DNA of 62,948 nt, the filler included, from Licmophora abbreviata (Eukaryota): the NCBI GenBank assembly GCA_900291995.1. It is 17 parts of 17 records of this genome, joined end to end, with 100 filler letters (N's around TTAATTAATTAA, not from the genome) between each part and the next. Parts side by side here need not be neighbours in the genome. Positions count along the whole stretch, not along the records: positions 1 to 17,041 come from OLMU01003440.1; positions 17,142 to 21,910 come from OLMU01003444.1; 15 more parts are not named here. One strand, written 5' to 3'. Position numbers and translations under genes: made by a program. The notes under the pieces were generated by a model, which did not search any database, was not told the origin of the DNA, and saw nothing but the letters and a program-made list of their open reading frames with translations. Positions 12,767 to 21,735 of this stretch are shown one piece after another; position 1 is the first letter of the stretch; every line of letters begins with the position of its first letter.

Positions 12767-13246
12767 AGGACGATCGTGCAGTTGAAGTATGGTGTACTGC
12801 ACAAGACGATAGACCTTATGAATAGGAAGCGACATAGAATCTATCTTCGTATTGTGTATAAAGTAGTTCCTGAAGAAGATGCTTTCGTCGTATTGATAGT
12901 GACGGCGTAGCTACTACTCAATTGGGTCGGGGTGACGAGACCTTGCGTCAAGTCTAGTCTCCAAACTCAGCACTACCGCATCGCAAAGCAGTACTTTTGG
13001 CAAGTTAATTCCGGATTTGACACTCTGCCTAACGTGGAGAAGACGGCGTCGTGAGCGTGTAACGATTTGTGTTGCAGGTGCTATGTTGAATGTGGTGATG
13101 AGTGGCCATTCGGCGTTCAGTCCGTACTTCGTCAACCAATGACGATCGCGCCCGAATTTTGAATTTTGTGTTCTCAGTTTTGCTGCGTTGCTTGAGACCA
13201 TGACGATGACGGCGTTCCGGCCACCGGCGCTCTCTCCAGATCAATC

Positions 13247-14647
13247 ATGATGAAAGGAGCGACTGCGAATGCAACGGGCAGAGCATCCCCTGATGCGGTT
13301 GTCGATTTTTGTCTTAGCTCGGCGAGCAAGACGACATTCCTGAGCTCCACTCCCGCAAGACACACCACTACATGGGCCACGGCGACGAAGCGACTATTCT
13401 TGGCAACTCTGTGTATCGCTCTCTACCTCTACGTGGTTATCAATCGACCGCAACAGATACTGGAACGATATTTACAAGAATCTGTAGATCAGTCGCTGTG
13501 GTACCAGCTGAAGCAAGCAAGAGCGCCATCCCTTATCCTGTCGCATCGATACCTAGTGTTTGTTCCTTTTGGTCCAGGACAAGGGACAGGAAACATCATG
13601 CATGGATTGCTGGCTGCACATTTGCTGGGACTCGAATTTGATCGGATAGTCTGTGTCTCGTCGAATTACACAGAATTTCATTGGGCCTTTGAATGGACTC
13701 CTAGCATCAGCAACAACCACGCCTTGCAGGCGTGTCCAACTTTGCCGCAATACGACGAGACGCCAGATCACTCCAACACAATTGAACTCGTCAGTTACCG
13801 TCCACCGCCGCCGAATGAGCGTGTCTTACAGCAGCGACTTCTTTCCAATACGACGGTGCTCTATTACTTTGGCAATACTTATCCGCGATGGCCAGCGACC
13901 ATCCCGCGAGGCCTATTCTTCCAGTACTACCGACCGACAAGAGCGTTGCAAGCCTTGCTACCATCATCGTTGCCTTCCATCGTGGTGCATCTACGACAGG
14001 GCGACTCTTCTACCGATTCTCGCAAGGGACTGGACGAAGCCACGTTTCATGCCCTGGGGCGATACTTGCAGGAATACAATAGCGTCTCGTCGTCACGCAT
14101 GGATGACACGCATCCCTATCTGGTGACGAATCGCGTAGCATGGTACGAATGGTTCGCTACTCATTACGCCTGGCAACACCCTGACTGGCTGGTAGTGCGG
14201 CATTCAGCCTTTCATTCCACCTTGTGGGGGACGCGAGGCAGTGATGCCAGTCGTCGACCTGTCAGCCTTACGACGAAACACACCAATAAGACGAACGTAA
14301 ACGATTACGGGCAGGCACTCCAAATGTGGAGCGATTGGTACGTCTTGTTGAATGCACATTGCGTCGTACATACACATAGTGATTTCTCGCTGTCGGCCGT
14401 ACACTGGAACAATGTCAACAGTGCAACGATCGAGGGAGTCAACGTTAGTACGGGTCGACTGGAACTTGCAGAAGAGTTTTGGCGGCGTGACACAGACGAA
14501 CCACCACAAGATTACTTGGTCGATCGGAGTATGGAGCAACTACAAGTAAGTGAGCATGAACCCGATAGTCGATTGCCTACGCGAATACGAGATCTGTATC
14601 TTAGACAACAGGCGCGACGAAAGGCCGAGGATGCAGAAACACTGTAA
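13247..14647 (+). CDS. Type II membrane glycosyltransferase, fucosyltransferase-like (GT-B)
   Basis: Single N-terminal TM anchor. GQGTGNIMHG, VVHLRQGD and HSDFS correspond to the GxGN, HxRxGD and SxFS motifs of GDP-fucose transferases. Confidence 0.65.
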   Translation: MMKGATANATGRASPDAVVDFCLSSASKTTFLSSTPARHTTTWATATKRLFLATLCIALYLYVVINRPQQILERYLQESVDQSLWYQLKQARAPSLILSHRYLVFVPFGPGQGTGNIMHGLLAAHLLGLEFDRIVCVSSNYTEFHWAFEWTPSISNNHALQACPTLPQYDETPDHSNTIELVSYRPPPPNERVLQQRLLSNTTVLYYFGNTYPRWPATIPRGLFFQYYRPTRALQALLPSSLPSIVVHLRQGDSSTDSRKGLDEATFHALGRYLQEYNSVSSSRMDDTHPYLVTNRVAWYEWFATHYAWQHPDWLVVRHSAFHSTLWGTRGSDASRRPVSLTTKHTNKTNVNDYGQALQMWSDWYVLLNAHCVVHTHSDFSLSAVHWNNVNSATIEGVNVSTGRLELAEEFWRRDTDEPPQDYLVDRSMEQLQVSEHEPDSRLPTRIRDLYLRQQARRKAEDAETL

Positions 14648-15213
14648 GTGCAAAATCGACGCTTATGTACTCTCTCTAGAGGAGAGAGAGCGATATAGCT
14701 CTACTAGCTAGTAGTGCCTACTCATAAAGACTAGCGACCCTTCGATTAACTATCAGGTATGCGTTGGCAATTGATCAAGTCGAAAGCCGACATGCTTGAG
14801 ACTACCTCTAGTTAGTCTAGCTACCAAATGCTCAATCGTACCAGGTACCTCGGAGATAGACGTGCCGTAACGGGTATAGACTATTCGCACTAGTAGAGGT
14901 ATGATACTCATCGTCTCTCTCTCTCTCTCTATTCTACGGTAAGTCGGCTATTCTTGATTGTCTCTTAGGTACGGTTTAGGCCAATCAGAGTCCTCGGTCG
15001 CCTGTACGCACAAAAGGTGTTATGAGCAGATGCCGATCCACGTCATCAATACTTAAGGAAAGGACAACTCGCTGACACCATTGCGTCAGAAACGCGCTGG
15101 TCGAGACACATCCAATCGCGAATTCAAAAGATGCCGGAAGATCGCCAGCATCATGATGGTCGAACATCATCACAAGCCCCCCCAGAACAAATACCGAAAG
15201 TCTTCCTATCGCG

Positions 15214-15596
15214 ATGCTTTCTCGTCTCCTCTCTGTGATTGTTTTGCTGACCATGGCTGCTGGCATTTTGGTTGGCGCCGCCAAATCGCCCAAACCGTCG
15301 AAGGCCTTTGTCGAGACGTTCCCCATTCGGAACTCGTCCACAGGTCTTCCTGGTTTCGTCTATCATCAGAAGGACATCAAGACGGTGTCAAATAAAAAGG
15401 ATGGGAAGCTCAAGAACGGTAAGCAGACATAGGCTGCAGCTTTTACTTTTCCAATAGCATGTGTCTCTTCCATTCTCAAATCAACGCCCTCGTCGTCTAT
15501 ACCTCTGTGTTTCTTGCAGGTGGCATTTCAAACTCCAGGCGAAAGTTTTCTCGTCCCATGGCCAGTGGGACGTTTGCTGCGCATCATTATGATTAG
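15214..15596 (+). CDS. Small secreted precursor protein A (93 aa); intron 15419-15519
   Basis: Signal peptide MLSRLLSVIVLLTMAAGILVGA. Phase-1 GTAAGC...TTGCAG intron. Exon 2 reads GGISNSRRKFSRPMASGTFAAHHYD*. Paralogous to gene B. Confidence 0.75.
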
Positions 15597-16281
15597 GACA
15601 CCAGTTCTCGTCATCCATACGATGCCTCATGGTTTGTAAATAGACGGCGGACACAGATAGATCGAGTTCGGCCCCCCTTTTTCATTGAGTCTCAGCTTCG
15701 CCCTTGTCATCACTCACCAAAGTCACCGACAGCACCTCCAAGTCAATTTCTCGTTAGACGGACCAACATTCACTATCATGATATACCAGAGAGACACCTT
15801 GTAACAAATAACCCGGTATTTTTATTACTTCTGTACTTGATCATCGCTTCGTTGCGATGACGACCTCAATTGATTGTGTAGCATATTCTTACTATGGGCT
15901 AGTTATAGTAAGTCGACTACTGCCTTCTAGCGCATTTAGCAATACGGAGGCAATCACCGTGAAGTATGTGCCTACATAGCTTATGTCTAACAGTCAACCT
16001 AAGCCTACAAGGCGACCACTCCACGATAACAAAGAGCGTCATTGGCCTCTTGTAGGGACATGGCGAACAGGTTGGTTTAGCGGCTGTCGTTCAAGACACC
16101 GAAGAGCCCCACTGACAGAAGTTCGCTTATGTATATGACGTCATGTTGACACCAATTTGCGCGCCTGCCGAAAGACATCGCTTTCAACTTCAAGAGCCAT
16201 TAGATGAGAAGCGCGAAGCCACAAAAGCGATCACGATCACTTTTTCCCACAAAGAAGTTGAGCAAGAACCACTTCCAAACA

Positions 16282-16693
16282 ATGCAAAGACTCATTTTCA
16301 CCCTTTTGTGCGTGGTCGTCATGTTTGCTCCGGTCGATTCGGACAAAGCGGCGAAGCAAGTAGGATTTGGGACGAAGGCCTTCTTGACAAACGCGGATCT
16401 CGTCCGGGACAAGTCTACGGCACTTCACTCATCAACAGGACTGTCGGGGATGAGCCATCACTCTAAGAGCGTTGCGGAAGTCTCTCTTAAGAAGTGCAAA
16501 GATGTGGGAACAGGTAAGTGAGCAGATGGAGAGAAAGTAGGCCCCTCGACGAGATGCGCTTGGTCTCAAGATGCGTAGGATTCATATTCAAATTTCACCG
16601 TTCAACTTTCGAACAGGTGACATAACCCACTCAAGGAGGTCGTTTCGAAAGAGTTCACATCCATACGCCAGTGGAACATTCACTGGTCAGTAG
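16282..16693 (+). CDS. Small secreted precursor protein B (102 aa); intron 16514-16616
   Basis: Signal peptide MQRLIFTLLCVVVMFAPVDS. Phase-1 GTAAGT...ACAG intron at the homologous position. Exon 2 reads GDITHSRRSFRKSSHPYASGTFTGQ*. Confidence 0.75.
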
Positions 16694-17041
16694 GGACGAC
16701 CGGACACTCGCCCATGGAATATCTTCTGAAGACCGTCGATAGACACAATTGTTGATGTCAAGATAGATCTGGTGCTTAGATACAATGTACTGATACACTT
16801 AAGGCCTAGTAAATATACAAATCTCGCTGATGCAGCAAAGGCGGCGTGATATATTGGACGTACTCTGCGCTCACTAAGCCCAGCGCGTTGTACGTTGGGT
16901 ACATCAGCTCATCGATGGATCAAGCGCCTGGCGCACTCTTCTGACTTTTCTGCCCGAAGCGAAAGTTTCCGAAGACTCGTTTCTTGTTGTCACTTCCGAG
17001 CTTGACAGTTGGAGTACTCTGGGTTCGATTCTTGAATTTAT

Positions 17042-17141
17042 NNNNNNNNNNNNNNNNNNNNNNNNNNNNNNNNNNNNNNNNNNNNTTAATTAATTAANNN
17101 NNNNNNNNNNNNNNNNNNNNNNNNNNNNNNNNNNNNNNNNN
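17042..17141. other. Artificial scaffold spacer N-TTAATTAATTAA-N, first of 16. Others at ~21911, 28131, 31832, 37528, 38755, 43109, 44695, 46071, 49377, 50578, 52296, 53694, 57512, 58711, 61519
   Basis: Identical 100-nt N blocks with a central six-frame stop linker. Some interrupt genes whose flanks overlap. Confidence 0.98.
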
Positions 17142-17320
17142 AGAGCAGCTTGCACTTTGTAGCCGAAGCAGCGCAGGCCGCCAAACGAAAGAACATAGCA
17201 GGAGTTGACAAAAGTGCGATGCGCAATTAGTCCTAATTTAAAAAGATCTGTGGCCAACCTAGCCTCTAGCACTAGTGAAATCGACATGCTTTTTTTACTG
17301 TACTACGTCCAACTTGGTTC

Positions 17321-18986
17321 TTACATGTCAAACATATGAGTCAGCGACTTCCCGTTCAGCAACTCCAGTAGAACCGTACCCACCACGCCCAAAATAGCGA
17401 CACGTCCATTGATACGTTCCTTATCGCGCAATCGTTCCACCGCAAACAAGTCGCCTTCCGCTCCGACGCCACCCACTCCCTCGCTAATGCGCTCATCAAT
17501 CGTCTTGAGATCGGCGTCCCCACAATTGTTGGCAACACACGCCTCCGTCACAGTCTGTGCCGGTTCTTGTAAAGCGTCCATGACCATATCGGCCATATCA
17601 TCAAGAAAAGCCTGATCTGTGTTGAGAGCAGGACATCGTCTCCAATTGCTAATGCCGCTTTCTTCTGCTAGTTCACGATATTCAATATCAATCTCTTCCA
17701 AGGTTTCAATATGCTCACTGACAAACGAAATGGGCACCACGACCAGATTCTTGACTCCCTTTTGTCCAAGCTCCGGCAACACATCGTCCGTGTAGGGTCG
17801 TAGCCATTCAATCGGACCGACGCGTGATTGATAACTCAAGTGAATCTTAACGTTGGGATCGTCTGGCAGCGCTGCACCGATCCGTTCTACACACTCTTCA
17901 ATCTGCCGTTGGTACGGATCACCGGCATCGATATAACTGCGAGGCACACCATGTGCAGAGAACAATATATGCTTTGTAGGACCCTTCGGCGACGCCATAC
18001 TCAATTCCTCATTGGTAAAGGAGTCTAGCTCGTGTTGAATCAGATTGGCCATGGCTTTCACGTATCCTGGCCGATCGTACCAACACGGGACGACGGTATG
18101 AACCAGCTTGTTGGGACCATACCAGTCGACGTTCTTGGCAAATTGTTCTTGCAAGACACGAAGAGAAGAGCCTGACGTCGAAATACTGAACTGAGGATAC
18201 AGCGGGACGATGACCAAGGCCTGGATAGCATCGTTCCGAATTTGGTCAAGCGCTTCCTCGGTAAAGGGATGCCAGTATCGCATGCCAATGTATGTGGACA
18301 CGTCGAGTCCATGTTTTGACTTGACCGTTTCGCGGAGCAAGTCCGCCTGGGCATTGGAATATTTGAGAATGGGAGACCCCCCACCGATGGATTCGTATGC
18401 AGCCCGCGAGTTTGGGGGCCCGACGCTTGGAGATGAACAAGGCAATGGCATTTTGCAAGGGAGCAAGAGGACCGGGCAAACGAATAATGTCGGGATCGGC
18501 AAAGAGATTGTACAAGAAGCCTGTGCGGTGACGAGAGTGAATGAATGAATGAATGGGGTGAGATTGACATCAGATAGAAAGGAGCAAAGTATCCTAGCTT
18601 GACACGAGCTAGATCAAGGCTCTCTATGATCTAACGTCGGCGGGACGATAGAACGACACCACATGAGCAAACGCACCTTCGACGTCTTCTCCAGTTTCTG
18701 GCCCTCCAAGATTCAGCAGAAGGACTCCAACCTTGAACTGCTCGTCCTCTTGCGACACCTCCGTCAAGCCAGCGGTGTCAATCGGCAGTGCCGTAGCCGC
18801 CAGATGCCGTCGTGTGACCTCCGTCCGACAAACATTCGATTGGGAGGGAATCCAGCCATTTTGAGCTATTCTTGGACTTCTTACGAACGCATTGACACAT
18901 AATGGCCCTATCGATGAAAAGAGGGAATAGATAAAGAGCACACAAGGCCTCCGTCTCGCCGTGATGGCCGCCGTCGCTTTCCCCAT
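17321..18986 (-). CDS. hemH: Plastid ferrochelatase with C-terminal CAB/LHC motif; intron 18521-18676; apparent +1 frameshift near 18411
   Basis: GVLLLNLGGPE, FLYNLFADPDII, IGGGSP, MRYWHP, LYPQFS, FSAHG, YQSRVGP, FVSEHIETLEEID. Tail ERINGRVAILG. VNAF presequence cleavage motif. Confidence 0.95.
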
Positions 18987-19202
18987 GGTCCGTGCGTCAG
19001 CTTCTCGGAGAATGTGCTGTCCGCCGATGAGATGCGCGCCACAGAAAGGAGACGACACCTTCGACTCAAATTCGATCACGACTTCGCGAGCAAGGCATTC
19101 AGGCTTCACCATGATCGTTGATGTTATGATAGTCATCTTGGTCCCTTTGTGACACTGTATGAGCTTATTCTCTTCATAGGGAGCCGCCATCACTTCTCTA
19201 GT

Positions 19203-19973
19203 ATGCCATCGTCTACCCCTGTACAAGAAGGAATGGATAAATCCGCCTCTGTGGCCTCCCGACAACGCTGGTTTCCACTCGAGTCGAATCCATCGCTCAT
19301 GAATGCCTATATTCAGAAACTGGGCTTTGACACGGCCTTGTACGAGTTCACCGATGTCTTCTCCACCGAGTCTTGGGCACTTCAGATGATTCCTCAACCT
19401 GTCGCCGCCGTCATAATGCTATATCCTCTCACTGACAAGCAAGAATCCTATCGAAGTCAAGACGAGATCGTGAGCTTGGTGAGTGACGATACAGTCGATA
19501 GTCGACCGTGGTTCATCAAACAGCGCATTGGAAACGCCTGCGGAACGATTGGACTGCTACATGCCCTGATGAACGTTCCTGAGGGACTCAAGGAGATGTC
19601 AGTGCTGCCTGATTCCTGGTTACATCAGTTCATGACACACTGTCCTTTCACTATGGACCCGGTCAAAAAGGCGGAACTGCTCGAGTCCGACGACACTGTG
19701 GCAACACTGCACGACCAAGCCACCTCCGATCAAACACACAACCAAACATCGCGTGGGAATATTGATGACAACGTCATTACGCACTTTATCGCGCTGGTCT
19801 GTCAAAACAGTCAACTGCTCGAACTCGATGGACGCAAGGACGGACCCGTCACGCACGGTACGACGACACCGGAAACGCTGCTACAGGACGCTTGCCGTGT
19901 CGTTGACACTTTCATGCACCGAGATCCAGATGAAATGCGATTCACTATTCTAGCGTTAGCGCCAAAGGTATAA
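19203..19973 (+). CDS. Ubiquitin C-terminal hydrolase (peptidase C12, UCH-L3-like)
   Basis: WFPLESNP, KQRIGNACGTIG (Gln/Cys), THFIA (His), ELDGRK (Asp). Confidence 0.95.
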   Translation: MPSSTPVQEGMDKSASVASRQRWFPLESNPSLMNAYIQKLGFDTALYEFTDVFSTESWALQMIPQPVAAVIMLYPLTDKQESYRSQDEIVSLVSDDTVDSRPWFIKQRIGNACGTIGLLHALMNVPEGLKEMSVLPDSWLHQFMTHCPFTMDPVKKAELLESDDTVATLHDQATSDQTHNQTSRGNIDDNVITHFIALVCQNSQLLELDGRKDGPVTHGTTTPETLLQDACRVVDTFMHRDPDEMRFTILALAPKV

Positions 19974-20456
19974 TACGGAGTACTAGAAAACTGGGCTCTT
20001 GGCTACTGCTTGCAAGTATCGGTACCCACTACTAGGATGCTAGACTACTCGAGCTCTTGTTGTCTCGTGAGGGATCGCTTCCTCGTGATGGTTGCCCCAG
20101 CAAAGCCGGTGCCCGTCTACTGCACAGTGCAACGATACATAGGGATGAGACGACGACAATGAACACGCGCTGCGCGATGTTGCGCTACGAGTGACGCGGA
20201 CTTACCGCGGAACAAAACCTCCTGCAATCTAGCTACACCTTGCTTTGATGGCGATGACTGACACCCGCGCTGCTCGTTTAGTTGTCTCTACTACTATAGA
20301 ATTTTACATAGCTATTTCAAAATCAAGATACCTGAGTGAATTGCTTGTCGGTGAGCTTTCGGGGTCTTTCGTCGTGAAGAACACATGCATAGAATGGCGA
20401 CGCTGGTGAATCGAGTCTTGAGAAATCTTCATGTGTCGTCACTCGTCCTTATCAGC

Positions 20457-21101
20457 CTACGACATGATAGGTCCCTTCATCTGAGAAATGTAGGACTGGA
20501 GCATACTTCGCGATTGATCAAGTTTGGAAGATAGTGTCGAAGTCGGCACTGGAAAGATGGAACGCGTGCAAGAGTCGTCGCTTCCACCCAGCTGTTTCTG
20601 ACGACGAATAATCTCATTGCGACTCTCCTCGGAGCGTTTCATTGAAGAAGCGAGCTTCACAAGCGCTGCATCGATGTCAACAGTGGGGAGATCGGCAGTA
20701 AGCTGAGAACTCGTTACGAGTAGCTTAGGCGGTGGTACTGGACTCGTCGTCGTGCCTTCCATCTCGGTGGAGCGACGCTTGCGTCGACGCTGTTTGGGCG
20801 GAGAACGTCCCTTGCGATCGGCGATAGGTTCGGAGAGTGTGCTTGCGACAAATGCTTCTTCGTCGCTTGGTTCTTGAAGATTGCGTGGTGGAGTGAACAT
20901 GGCTGTAGGAGCCAGCGTGGAATCGACGGTATCTTTTGCAAAGAGAAGACCATCGAAGTCGTCCGCAATCTTGACTCCGTCCATCGCCGTATCGAAGACG
21001 CTGTCGTCGCAATCGTAGAACTTGGTGAGATCGAGCTGATTCGTTTCTTGGAGGATACTGGCGTCCATCATGGCGTTGTCAAACAAAGAAGTGTCGATCA
21101 T
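20457..21101 (-). CDS. Hypothetical disordered protein with basic NLS and LASSMKRSEESR helix
   Basis: Open ~214-aa ORF with an acidic N-terminus, KQRRRKRRS and two amphipathic C-terminal helices. No recognised domain. Confidence 0.6.
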   Translation of the reverse strand: MIDTSLFDNAMMDASILQETNQLDLTKFYDCDDSVFDTAMDGVKIADDFDGLLFAKDTVDSTLAPTAMFTPPRNLQEPSDEEAFVASTLSEPIADRKGRSPPKQRRRKRRSTEMEGTTTSPVPPPKLLVTSSQLTADLPTVDIDAALVKLASSMKRSEESRNEIIRRQKQLGGSDDSCTRSIFPVPTSTLSSKLDQSRSMLQSYISQMKGPIMS

Positions 21102-21735
21102 CGTGTCGCTTCTTCTCGGATGTCGTCGTGTTGTGGTTTGTGGCGGGTTTTGTGATGGAAGCACGCAAGATGCGTCCCATGCAAAATTTGAAATACAGAT
21201 TTATCCTTTGGGCCAGGGTATCCCCCAATCGTACTGAAGATACGTCAAAGTGCCGTAGAAAATTTCAACTCTGACCTTGCAGTCATTGTGACACACCTCA
21301 AAAGCCTCTGAAGCATAGGTACCGAGCAGAATGACTTTTCGGGGGCTATTATGATGATCTTGCTTGGGCCTGATTATGACTCTAGAGCTAATGACCGAAA
21401 CCAACGCCACTTTTTTACCCGACGGTGTCTCCGGGACTCGACCCATAAAAAGACCGAAAGCAAGAAGCAGACACTTGTATAATATACGATTACATACATA
21501 ATGACCCTGACTGGCATCCACAAGCGATTGTGTCCTTTGCCCCACTATAGCCCCAAGCTGCAATACAGGAACGTTTGATGCGGGACAATGATGGTGTCCG
21601 AGCAGAAAGCTACTGCTTACACTCCAGCGGTACTCTAGGCTAGCTATCGTTGGACTCGCCTATACGAAAACTAAGTCGACGCAGCGGCAGCCTACAACCA
21701 ATACAGTAGCTTGAGATAATCCATGGTTTAGCTTT

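Noticed and set aside
14668..14930. CT/GA tracts and short imperfect palindromes
   Set aside because: Low-complexity intergenic sequence with no terminal repeats or target-site duplication.
16920..17041. Possible 3' end of a minus-strand gene (…VFGNFRFGQKSQKSAPGA*)
   Set aside because: Only ~40 codons, no motif, and cut by a gap.
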